A stretch of 64,000 nt of DNA. It comes from the human T2T-CHM13v2.0 reference genome, Homo sapiens. The translations under genes and the position numbers were made by a program. Below the pieces are notes generated by a model, which was given only the letters and a program-made list of their open reading frames with translations, did no database searches and was not told where the DNA came from. This document shows, in pieces, positions 27,581-42,611 of the stretch. Each line of letters starts with the position of its first letter. Positions within the stretch are counted from its first letter, which is position 1. The stretch is taken from assembly GCF_009914755.1 (NCBI RefSeq), contig NC_060945.1; one strand, given 5' to 3'.

Positions 27581-28879
27581 ACTTCATTAGTTTTCCCTAG
27601 GAATTTCCTAGTTACTTTTCCACAAATTTTCAGTCCTGGAAGCCCAATTCCTCTTTCCTTTGTCCAGGTACTTTTTCGCAGTTTATTACTCTTTGTTAAA
27701 ATGGTATATAAGCCCCAGAGTCTAACCACTTCTTTGTGTTGTCAACTCCTGTGCACACAAAAATATTAACATCAATAAAATGTATATGCCATTTTCCCTG
27801 TTAATCTGTCTTGTCAGTTTAATTTCTATGCCCCAGTTACTAAACCTAAAATGGTAGAGGGAAAAGTGGTTTTTTCCTCCCCTACACGTGACACAGGGCT
27901 GTAAAATATGTTCAAGTTAATTTAATCTGTTTTAAGGTTTAATGAGACTGGTTTTATTTTAGAGCACAATGAACTTTGGAACTCTTTCCTCTCAGTTGCC
28001 TAGATGCAGGTATGACACATCTGAGAAATTATCCAGGAATTAGCTTTATCACAAGAAGAAAAAGTCAAACACCCGTGATTGTTGCTTTCCCACAAAACAG
28101 GGGTGCATCTTAGAATTTCTGCACCTCTGACTTGGCAGAAGCCTCAGCTTCATGAATAGTTGCAGGAGGTAAGTTGATGCAATGGGATGCTGGGCAGGTC
28201 TCCTAAACCCAAATCTCCCGCCTCCTCATGTTCCCTGTAATTTCCATAATAGAAGACAACAGTTTTCATTTCACAATTATTGATAGCAATCACAAAACAA
28301 TACCTGTGAGAAATGTTATACTAACAATCCCACATTCAGTTTTCAATGGTTAAGAGACATCTTTTCCAGCAAAAGATGTGGATGAGACTGAAAAGGATAT
28401 CACAGATGGAGGAGACAAACACTTAAAATGGGGTTTAGCCATGATGGAAATAAATTTCACCTACTTCTGAGCTTGACAGGTCAACCCTTACTAGGCTTCA
28501 TCCATCGACCCAAAGCAGCTACTCAGATGTTACTTTCCAAGCATTGTTTTTTGGTTTTTTTTTTTTTTTTTTTTTGTGAAAACAAAACAAAACAAAAAAA
28601 CACCTGAGTTCATCATTTATTTCATTTTTTTGGTAAAACAATTCATTTAATTCTTGCCTTCAAAGAGCTTTTCAACTGGAGGAGGATGTAAAGAAAAATG
28701 CATAATTATGTAGAGTAGAAACATAAATACATTCTAGCAATTTACAGTCCTTTAGAGCCTAAAGTTTAGAAATACATACACTTCAACACATATTCCAAAA
28801 ATACTTCTGCAAAGAGGCAGCCCTCTCCTACCAACAGCTACTAAAAGAGTCCACCAAATGTCTAGATATAAAAATACAT

Positions 28880-31290
<2,411 letters not shown>

Positions 31291-31489
31291 ATTTCAAAGT
31301 ATTCAATTAGAACACCCACCAAGAAAGATCTTTATTAGGAGAATCAAACTAAAGCTATTGATACTTAAAATACACCTAATAACAACAATTTTTAAAGCTT
31401 TTGACAGGTGCTTTTCATGAATATAGACCTAAGAATTTGACTTAGAAATAAGAGAGACGTTGTACTGAAAAGATAGAAGTAGAGAGAGG

Positions 31490-32620
31490 AGACCCAGTGG
31501 AAGAGTAGAAAAGTAGAGAGTCATTGGCTTAAAGAGTTGAAAAATAGATCCTTATCTCAGCCCTGCTGTGAGCTAGGTATGTAATCTACACGAAATTGCC
31601 TGCCACTCTGGGTTTCAGTTCCCTCTGATGCATAAGCAGGAGGTGAGGTTTCTTACCTCACCCTGCTGTCAGTTGCCTTCCAGATCTCTCATCTGTGTGC
31701 CTGCATGCAGAAGGCGAAAGGAATGCTACAGGAAGCCATCAGACCAGGGTGGGAAAAACTGGGGGAAGCCCCACTTCCACGTTAGACCAAAATCAAATCA
31801 GAACCCCAGACACTCCCAAGCTGGGTGTTGTTTGCAAAACATTGTTCTCCTGGGACCTGGGACCTGGGACCAAGGTTGGGCAGAGGGTGGAGTCTTCAAC
31901 ATTTACCAAGTTCCTGTTTTAGGCTGGGCATGCTGTAGCTGCCTGGCATTCGTCAACTTGCTTTTGTCCCTGTAATCTGTTTTGCAAATAAAGACACATG
32001 GTCTCAGAGAGATTAAGTGGTTTGTCCCAAATCACACAGCTGGCAGCAGAGCTGGGGTTAAAGTCTTCTTATTGCTTTGTACCTGTGAGCCCTACACTGC
32101 TGCAGAAATACTACAAAGAATCGGTTCTCTCCTAGACGACAGAGGCCATGTACTGAACACAATTAGTTAAACCCTGTGTAAAACTGGAGCCTTCTGGGCA
32201 TGATAGAGAACTTCCAGCTGTCTTTGAACAAGACAGCTTTGTCCCAAGAAAGCTGTCAAATGACTCACTGCCTGATAAGGAATTAGAAAACCATAAAATA
32301 ATCCTGTCAATCTATTCACTAAAAGCTAGAAGTTCATTTGTTACCAAATTCCTGGCCAAGCAAAAAGGTGTCAAAAGGGAAATTAACACTTAATTGATCC
32401 ATAACTATGCAGAAAGCATTATATTGGGTAATTTACAGATGCTACTTAATTTAATTTTCATAATATTCCAATAAAATAAGAGTCATCTTTCCATTTTACA
32501 GACGAAGCAACTGAAGTTCAGAGAGATAAACTAAATGCTGTAAGTTCTCGCATTTAGTAGTGGTGGGACTATAATTTTACCATGTTTCTTTGTGATTTCA
32601 AAGCCCACTCTCAATTCCCC
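31490..32620. mobile_element. Cluster of MIR fragments (+ ~31490-31670; - ~31900-32090 and ~32400-32620)
   Basis: MIR cores ttcagttccctctg, ctcagagagattaagtggtttgtcccaa, ccattttacagacgaagcaactgaagttcagagag. Confidence 0.6.
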
Positions 32621-32759
32621 AAGTTGTATTAAGCCAATGTGACAGGACCGAAGGAGCCCGGCAGTGGACACAGAGCAGGATTTGTTCTTCTCTGGTTTTC
32701 TCGGTAACCAGCTATGTGCACATCACATAAAGACTTCGGAGTTCAGTTAATTTTTGTCA

Positions 32760-33300
32760 ACATCTCTTGTTCCCTTCAGGTCACAGCCCACATTCTTAGC
32801 ATGGCCACTCTGCCCTATGGCCACCGTGGCCTATATGACCTCATCCCTGCCTACCCAATAGAAGTCACTCCCACCTACCACACTCCAGCTCCCCTGGACC
32901 CACTGAGCTCCTTCAGAGCATCACACCATCCCACCTTGGAGGCTTTGGTTACACTGCTCCTTCTGCCTAGCACTCAGTCCTCCTTCTCCCTCTCCCGCTC
33001 CATCCCTTGGGTAATTCTTACCTATCCTTCAAGGATGAGTTTAGCCATGTTTTCCTCAAAGAAGTTTCTGATCATTCAATCACATAAGATCACTCTGCTA
33101 TTTGCCTCCCTAGTATCATAGCCTCCTTTCCCTTTTTTAAATAGCATTTGTTACTTTTAACATGGTTTCTTCATCGTATTTTCTATTTCAAAGTTCATCT
33201 TCCTTGTAAGCTCTATGATGGTGACAAACACACTATCTGTCTCATTCACTGATATTTCCCCAGAGTCACACACAGCACCTGGCTCCATAAACACATGCTC
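32760..33300 (-). mobile_element. L2 3' fragment
   Basis: cccacattcttagcatggcc...ctgctccttctgcctag...gtaagctctatga...cacagcacctggc. Confidence 0.7.
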
Positions 33301-33525
33301 CCGACTCCGTCCCTCCTGCTTGCCCCTTCCTGTAGCCTGGACAGGAGACTTGGGATTCTTCCAGGAGAGATGCTCTAGAGTGGACAGACTTCATCTATCA
33401 TTGGCATTTTTTAAAAGACTTGATTAGAAACCAAAGTAACAAGTATGATTAAATGATGGAAATGCTAGATGTTAAAAACCAAGGTTAGAACTCCAGGTTG
33501 TGTCTTGTGACCTCAGCTGCCCATG

Positions 33526-34757
33526 AGTTTGGCAAACTGCAAAACCACGCATAGGAAGGGTTATTGCCTCAACTGTTGTTTTGGATCAGTTTAGTCAGAC
33601 ATGCATATGGCAGAATTCTTTTTTTTTTTTTTTTTTTGAGATGGAGTCTCGCTTTGTTGCCCAGGCTGGAGTGCAGTAGTGTGATCTCAGCTCACTGCAA
33701 CCTCTACCTCCAGGTTTCATGCGATTCTGCTACCTAAGCTCCCAAGCAGCTGAGACTGTAGGTGCGTGCCACCATGTCCAGCTAATTTTTGTATTTTTAG
33801 TAGAGATGGGGTTTCACCATGTTGGCCAGGGTGGTCTCAAACTCCCGACCTCAAGTGATCCATCCACCTGGGCCTACCAAAGTACTGGGATTACAGGTGT
33901 AAGCCACTGCGCCCAGCCCAGAAATTTAACATCAGGTGTATGTCATCAATTATAAAGCCCTGAGTATGGAGAATTCATCTTTTGCAGAAGGTTCTCCTGT
34001 GGCCAATTTACTAGAAAAATACAAAGAAACCACACCAGGAACCAGGAGGTAACACTATCAGCAACATCTTTGCATTAAGACAATATCTCCATCTAAACAC
34101 ACTCATTTTTATTTTTACTTAACTATAATTTGCTTGATAAAAATGCAAAATAATCTTCCGTGGTAAATTATAAATACTTTCACTCAATATTACAATTAAC
34201 CTATATTCCTGAACCCCAAACCATGGCACACTGTCTAAGTGCCTTGTACACACTATTTTGATAAATTCCCACAGTGACTTTAAGGATGGTACTGGTGTTT
34301 TCCTTGTAGACAGCCAGGAAAGGGAGGAAAAGAGAGATCGAATACTGGTCCCACACAGTATGGGCGGAATCCAAACCCAGGTGGGAAGCTTCTGAGCCCG
34401 CTAGGAATCCTTCCTGTTTGTAAGCTTGCTTTGTATCAAATGATCAAGCACAGACACACTTATCCTAAAATGGGGAGCACATGCCCTGCTTTCTGACTGA
34501 ACTTGAATTCTCAGAAACATTATTTATGGGGGAAAAGTCTTACAAGTAAAGAAGTCAGCTAGCTTCTCAGTCCAAAATCTACCTAGAGAAATCTTTTATT
34601 ATTGTCCAATTAAGTTTGGCAAATTGCAAAACCACTCATAGGAAGGGTTACTGCCTAAATTGTTGTTTTGGATCAATGTAATCATACATGCATATGGTCG
34701 AAATTTAACATCAGGTATGTGTCATCAATTATAAGGCCCTGAGTATAGAGAATTCAT
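33526..34757 (+). repeat. Local 145-bp direct duplication (copy 1 33526-33978, split by an Alu; copy 2 34613-34757)
   Basis: About 15 mismatches in 145 nt by manual alignment after removing the Alu. Confidence 0.9.
33619..33918 (-). mobile_element. AluS
   Basis: Full antisense dimer; TSD cagaa(tt/at). Confidence 0.95.
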
Positions 34758-35044
34758 TGCATTTTTTATTATGACAACATTTACCAAGTTGACCATGTTT
34801 AAGCATTTACCAAGTCAATCATTTAGCATTCTATAGTTCAAAGGTGATGGGTATTACATTTAAAGGAAAGATGACATAGTCAACAATGCCACTAGCATAA
34901 AGCATCTAATTTCTAGGCTCTCCACTTCAGCTCTCCTCTGTTAAGGCTGGAAGTAACTGCCATGATCTCACCACTAGGAGGGAAAAAGAGAAATCTACCC
35001 ATCTATGATAGTGAAGAGAAAGCTCAAAGCAAGTGGACCTATGG

Positions 35045-35220
35045 CGCTGTGCTCAGACTTGAGCAGACATCAGAATCCCATGGAGGGCTTGTAAAGATCC
35101 AGATTGCAGGCCCACCCCTAGAAGTGGATCTGAGGTGGGGGGGCCCATGATTTTGCATTTCTAGCAAGTTCTCAGGTGATGCTGACACTGCTGGTGCAGG
35201 GACCACACTTGAGAACCACC
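35045..35220. mobile_element. MER5A
   Basis: catcagaatcccatggagggcttgt...ttgcatttctagcaagttctcaggtgatgctga...ccacacttgagaaccac. Confidence 0.85.
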
Positions 35221-35224
35221 CACC

Positions 35225-35710
35225 CATGACACTGGTGCACAATGTTTCAAACTCATGCCAACAGCAGACAGGATGCATCTACCCACATCTATACCTGGCA
35301 CACCTGCACCACACAGGAACACCACATATCTGCACAAGGTATCACAGGCATACCCGTCACACACATGCACACACTTTTTTGCATGTGTATGCCAGAAACA
35401 CACTATACATCTGCACCACTCATAGGTAATACAAACTGGCATCACGCACACAAACACCACATGCCTACATTACACACTGTCGTGCACACACAGCTGTACC
35501 ACACGTCTATAACTCACATCATACACATTCACCTCGTATGCAGACAGGCACTCACATATACACTGCACATAAACAGTGCATACCTATACCACACACTCCT
35601 CACACCTGCTCCACACACTCACATGCATGCATACCCTCAACCTACACATCATATGTGCTGTTCATCTGCACCACACGTGCCCCACAGCTACACACACTCA
35701 CCCAACTGCA
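35225..35710. repeat. Degenerate CA-rich low-complexity tract
   Basis: Irregular cac/cat/aca repeats. Confidence 0.8.
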
Positions 35711-37379
35711 GATTCCGAGCTACCTGCTGCTATCACCTTGCTCTTGAGACATTCCCTCAATCCTTCTCCTCCTTTCCCCCTGCCCTTTGGCCTCATCCTA
35801 TTTTTCCTCATGGGTGGCCCAAATACATTTCCCAAAGTGTCCATCCAAGAAGGCTCCCGCACTGTAGGCATCTCTGTATTTTCTTCCCACCCACATTTGA
35901 CTTAGCTACTCTTTGTGAACCAAGTTCTTTATGTTCAATGTCAGTCCAAATACTTTTGTTTCAACTTAAATAAATGCAGCAAATAGTTACAGATCTTTTT
36001 CTGTGCAAAGCCTTAAACTAAGCATGTTGAGGAGGAAAAGTGATGAATGAGACGACGCTGACATTCATTCATTCATTCATTCAATGTATTAGCTAGGTAC
36101 TGGTGAGCCATGGCCAGCATAGGGAGGAGGTACTTGATAAGTTTCTTCCCAGAACTCTTTAGATTCCAGGGAGTGGGCAGCAGGGTCCTCTTCCCTCTTC
36201 TGAGGTGACTTCTGGCCCCTACTACAACTCCAGATGGTTCTCTGAGTATGGAAGAACCATCCACGCCAGCAGACAAAAATTAACATTCTTATAATATTAA
36301 CAATAACACTAGCAGCAAAAAAAAAAAAAAAAAAAAGCCACCTTTTAGTGAGGATAGTATGGATATGTAGGGCATATCTACATACTAAAATATGTAGCAC
36401 TATGCACTACACATCTTAACTGGTAATTATTCCTCCAGATATTATCAATCCATTTTCCAGGTCAGAAAATAGAACTGTGGGATGAATCTTGCAGGTGGAG
36501 AATAGAAGTTTCAATCCAGGTAACTGACATGAGCCAGCGGCTGCTTCCTTTCCATTTCAGCACATGCAGCCCCTTCTCCAAATTCAGACAGAGCTCCCTT
36601 GATTGTGCAGTCTGAGGCAGCATCAATGCAACTCACAGAAATGGTGGACATCTCTGTCTCACCTGCTCCGCGTCTGTTATCAGGGAGAGCAGTGTCATAA
36701 AGTCAAAGGCATTAAAGGTAAAAGCAGGCATTCAAGACAAGAAGATGAAACCACAGTGGGACTTTATTTCTTTTTATAATTTGAAACAAAGCCTTAACTT
36801 AGAGTAAACAGGCTTTGGCAAAGAGGTGACTTCCACCATGCAAACCATGAATTCCATTCTTCTGTTAGGATGGTCTCCCTGTTCTAATGGAGCCACATAC
36901 CTTTGTGTGGCTGGTTACACAGTGGGTATCCAGGTAGTAAGGACTGATTTAATTTCTCCATGATTCAGGCTTGTCCAGACATTTGTCCTCAAGCTGTATT
37001 TGAGGGCAGCAAGGATAAAGAGTCTCTTGGCCAGAAGACGCTCCCTCATTCACCTCCCACTTGCCCTGTCTGCTGACCTCCAAGGAAATTCAGTCCTGCA
37101 GTTAACATCTGTGGTCCCATCAGCTGAGTTGAAGTAAAAGGTACTTAACGCACGCAGCTCGTTTTGCAAGGTTAGAAGGAATCAATAGGAGATGTGTTTA
37201 ATGTGGTATCACTATCAGGGCTCATCACACTTTTAAAACTGAAATATCCACAGTGCTGTATAATCTTAGTCTCGCTGTAAAGAGAATGGGTTTAGTGTGC
37301 TTTAAGATAGATTTCATGCCTATTACAGATGCACACACAAAAAAAATGGGTGAGTGTCCTCAAATTTCACTATTACATA

Positions 37380-37545
37380 TCTTCTTACATATCTTTTTCT
37401 TTTCTTTCTTCCCTTTCTCCTTTTCTTCCTTTCAAGCATTCTCTTCTCTCTCTTTTCCCATCTCTCTCTTCTCTCTCTCTCTTTTCCCTTGCTTCCTTCC
37501 CTCCTTTCTCCTCTCTTTCTTTTTCTATCTTTCATTCTTCCCTTG
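37380..37545. repeat. CT-rich low-complexity tract
   Basis: Polypyrimidine run. Confidence 0.9.
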
Positions 37546-38555
37546 AATTTTAGGTGTCTAATTCCCTCCCATGGAAATTTGCCAGAATTTCAGCAAACCA
37601 CCAAAAAGAGCTAGCTAGGTGATTTCTCTTTGAGTTCCCCGGAGCACACAGGTCTTCTGTAAGATTGAGGCTTGGAAACTCTCTCATCAAGGAGAGGAGC
37701 TGATTGGAACCCACAGCCTTATAACAAACCTGACTTTTCCATAAGTTTTTGTGAAATTATTCCGAAAGAGAAGCCTGTCTGAACAGAGCATAATTAAAGA
37801 TAGCACATTGTTCTTTTGCTGAGTAGATTGCAAGGTAAAAAATCCTTGTTGATATTCACACATCATACATAAACACTAGTGGAAAATTAGAAATAGTAAG
37901 GTCAAGAGTGTATTATGTGTTTGTGGGGCAATGGAGGTTCTCTTCAATTTCATAATGACCTATGTAGGGAAATCATGGTCCATAACAAAGGGAAGTGTCA
38001 GAAGAGATGAAAGAAAGCAAACCTTGGTTAAACAGTCCCTATCAGCACTAGCACAAGGCAAAGATATGGATATTCAGCTCTATGAGCATTTGTCTATGGC
38101 ATTCTTAGTACGTAGTTCTGATTTAAGAATAACTCAGCAGTACAGTCTAATGCTATTCCCTCAGATGACTGTTTAGAGAAGTGACTGAACTGCTTGACTT
38201 GGAAACTTACTGATAACTACCACTGGTACAATTTTCAGCCAAAATGGCTAAACTGGGAATTAACTTATATTGGTTTGCTAGAGCTGTCATAACAAGTACC
38301 ACAAACTGGATGACTTCAACAACAGAAATATATATCATTTCTCTCACAGTTCTGGAACTCAGAAGGCCAAGATCAAGGTTGGTAAGGTTGGTTCCTCCCG
38401 ACGGATGTGAGGAAGAATCTGTTCCAGGCCTCCCTCCTAGCTTCTGGAAGCTTCAGGAGCTCTTCAGTTTGTTACATTCTCCCCATGTCTTTACATCACC
38501 TTCTATTTGTGTGAGTCTGTCTCTGTGTCCGAATTTCCTCTTTTTTACTAGTTTC

Positions 38556-38849
38556 TCTTGTTTTGTGAGACAAACTCTCACTCTGTTGCCCAGGCTGGAG
38601 TGCAGTGGTGCGATCTCTGCTCACTGCAACATCTGCCTCCTGGGTTCAAGCACTTATCGTGCCTCAGCCTCCTGAGCAGCTGGGATTACAGGTGTGTGCC
38701 ACCATGCCCAGCTAATTTTGGTATTTTTAGTAGAGATGGGGTTATGCCATGTTGGCCACGCTGGTCTTGAACTCTTGGCCTCAAAGTGGTCCACCCACTT
38801 CGGTCTCCCAAAGTGCTGGGATTACAGGCATGAGCCACTACACCTGGCT
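38556..38849 (-). mobile_element. Alu (J/S)
   Basis: Full antisense dimer. Confidence 0.9.
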
Positions 38850-38983
38850 CAAACTTGCTGTTTTCTTTATAAGGACACCAGTCTTATTGGATTAGGACTC
38901 ACCCTAATGATGTCATCTTAATTTGATCATCTACAAGGACCCTATTTCCAAATAAGGTCACATTCATAGGTGCTGGGGGTTAG

Positions 38984-39235
<252 letters not shown>

Positions 39236-39866
39236 TAACAACAGGCATTCGTTTTCACATCCACATGTTCATCACTTAATTATTATCCTTACTGAGTTGT
39301 AAATGCATACTGTATGTCACTTTATATATTCACACCAAATTCTCTTTCATATGCCCTAAATGCCTCTGAATAGAGGGGCTTACATGCCAAAAAGGAAATG
39401 AAATTTCACTTATTTTCCCTATTTGACTATCCAGAGAATGAGCCTTTCCCATGGCACAGGACAAAGATGCAACCCATGCCATAAAGGGTTGAGGTCCCAG
39501 CCAATCCAAACAGAAGTGTCCATTGTGGAATGAGGGTACCCATTGTCATAGCCACTGTCCTTCCTCCAGGAATTCACCAAAAGTGAGGATGAGGCCTAAC
39601 TAAGCTAGACTTGGTTATATGAAAGCAGTACTCTGTCTTTCAGGTAAGCGATAAAAACTAGTTCATGACATGGGTAAGCTACACATCAAATTGAGTCTTT
39701 TGGCAATATTACATAAAATCTGACACGACTTATGAGGTTGTCCATCCTGTCTCATTAATATCTAAATTACTAAATTTCTTTTGCTGATTTTCCTCCACAT
39801 GTTTATAACATTAAATATGCAAAAAAGTACTTTTTTACTAATGCCCTTATACCAAGTTCTTCATAA

Positions 39867-40180
<314 letters not shown>

Positions 40181-41521
40181 TAAATATCGTTTCAGTATCA
40201 GTGTCAAAAATTTGGTGAACATATAAGTATCAAATAAGTCTACAAATCCTGTGATTATGGCCCCAGGAAGGAAGTAACAGGTGATTTCCCTTCAGAGAAT
40301 CAGCATTTTGCCACTCCAGGCCACCACTTGAGGAGTAGTATACCTAAAATATCATAGCTAAAGGTTAGGGCTTCCTTAACTTGATTAACCCAATTTAGGG
40401 CCCTACTTGAAGCCACAGCAGATTGTACTCAATCTTACTATTTTATTTTAAAATGAAGAGTGTATGTACAAGGTTCCCAGTTTAATAATTTAATAAGCCC
40501 ACTAAAAAGTGTCTCAGATCTGAGAAACAAGCACTTTTTACATGAAAAAATTCAAAACTAAAGAACAATCACTTTTAAAGCACAAAGGAAGGACAACTGA
40601 AAAAAGGAACTGTGTGTTTGTAAAAGTAAGAATATCTTCCATCACTTGGATTTATAGTATATTTCATTTTTCCTGAATAAACCACATAGACATTAATGTA
40701 CCATTTAAGTTTATTTGCAAATCAAGAACTTAATGGCCCCTTAAAACTGAAGGTAATTCTGATATCTATAATATTCATTCTTTTTTACCTTTGGTGGACA
40801 CTGCAATGAAGCAAATGCACGTGATTATTCTCAGTCTCCTGATGGAGATGGATAAAAAGTACTAGATCCCTATGAATGTTTTTTCACATGATTCTCTATA
40901 TGTAGTATGGCCACTGTCAAAACTTTGGGAAAATTCTGAATTTTGTTATGCTCATATAATCTACATAAAGACAAAGACCAGTTATGTGCCTAACCAAGAG
41001 CACCTCATGGCCTGATACCAGCAGAGTGAAGAATTGCAGCTAGACCATTCATCCTCCTGACTCCAGCCTCACCCCACTTCCACTCACCCTCTGTGTCCTT
41101 TAGTTCTGAGCCACTGAACCCTATAATTCAGCACCTTCCTCTTTCAGGAGGTCATCTCGGCTTTCCTGGTCTGCTTGTGAACATTCTCACATTTACCCAT
41201 TTATTTCTATCCTAGGAACCTCGTTCCCCATGCTCTCTATCCCAGATGGCTCACAGTCTTAATAATGCACCAAAGGTGAGGGCGGAAAAGCTGAGCAATG
41301 GAACATATTGACCTAGGTGCCCCGAGGAACCAGACACTCATGTGACTGGATGAAAACGAAGGCTCTGGAGCATTGGCTTTCTCATCTGTATAATGGATAA
41401 ACTATTTCCAAAACCAAGTTGTGATTGTGAGAGTCCAAGGATCTAGTGAACCTGGTCAGAGTAAGTGCTTAGCAAATGTTAACTATTTTATTATTAGTAA
41501 TAATAACTAGTTATTATTGTT

Positions 41522-41593
41522 AATATTTTACCATCTAGATAGGTATCAATACTTTACCATCTAGATTGTTGGTCAATATTTTACCATCTAGAT
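41522..41593. repeat. 3x 19-bp direct repeat aata(t/c)tttaccatctagat
   Basis: Copies at 41522, 41548 and 41575. Confidence 0.9.
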
Positions 41594-42172
41594 AGATGTG
41601 ATCTATTGTTTATCATCATATCATGAATATATTTATATTTTAACAGCAAATGAGACACTGGGGCTCACTGACTTTACCATTCTCATCTAACAGATGGAAG
41701 GGAAAGGTGATCTCTACAGCAGCTACCAGCAGAGCCAGGGCTAGGACTCAGCTGCTCCAATTCCCTAATTCCTAACTTGTCCTTGGCACTAGGAAGTTTC
41801 TCTCTTGAGTCCTGAGAATCAGAGAATTGATGTTCACCTTATCAAATAAGATCTTTTAAGATTATAAACTCAGCAAGAGAGGAGACTGTTTCATAGTTAG
41901 AGTCCCAATTTCCTCTTCATTCTCTTCTGCATTTGGGGGAGTGGAATGCTTTGAGATATCCCTCTAAAGCTTCAAGATACTCTCCTGGGAATGCAAGAGC
42001 TTGCCCAGGGTCATTTGATGTCAATGACACACCAATAAAAATGATGCTAAAAATAGCATTAGTTAACATTTTCCAGAATCCATATCTTCCTTATTAGACA
42101 TTAAAAATCTCTAAAAATGCAAAACTATTTTTTCTTCTGGTTGAGTAGACCCTCTCAACTCTATTCTTTCAC

Positions 42173-42572
42173 TATTATGAGAAAAGCACACTGCTTCCCT
42201 ACACTCTCACACACAACTTCTGACACCGTATGTAAGAATAGTGTCACACTATCCACCCGGAGATAGTGCTAGATCCCAGAGCTTAAGAGCTCTGCCTCAC
42301 AGAACTGCCCCCACTTCATACGCCAATCACAAGCCCCAGGCTGTGGCCTGTGCTTTTGACCCAACAGCTATAAACTAGTAGTTCCCATGACTCCCATCCT
42401 TGGGTTTTATAATTTGGTAAGACAGCTCATAGAATGCAGGGAAATACTTCACTATGTTTACCAGTTTATTATAAAGGATAGTACAAAGGCTGTACATGAA
42501 CAGCCGGATGAAGAGGTACCAGTAGCAAGATACTGGGTTGAGAGGGGAGAGGGTGGAGCACACAGTTTTCAT
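42173..42572 (-). mobile_element. MER21-family LTR fragment
   Basis: acttctgacacc...agatcccagag...ctgcccccacttca...gtttaccagtttattataaaggat. Confidence 0.75.
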
Positions 42573-42611
42573 GACATAAAGCTTTTTCCATGAAAAAGGT
42601 AATAATATATG

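Larger units (their letters stand above)
24735..27886 (+). mobile_element. MER34-family ERV1 solo LTR split by HERV-L (halves 24735-25008 and 27581-27886)
   Basis: tgaaggag...agaatatgccaccccaaaatatgccacttt start; aataaa and ttcctcccctaca end. Confidence 0.85.

Noticed and set aside
35242-35973. Longest ORF (243 aa, His/Thr-rich)
   Set aside because: Translation of a CA-rich low-complexity tract that lacks stops by composition; no gene context
41522-41593. CRISPR-like repeat-spacer array
   Set aside because: Primate DNA, 7-8-nt spacers, only three units and no cas genes
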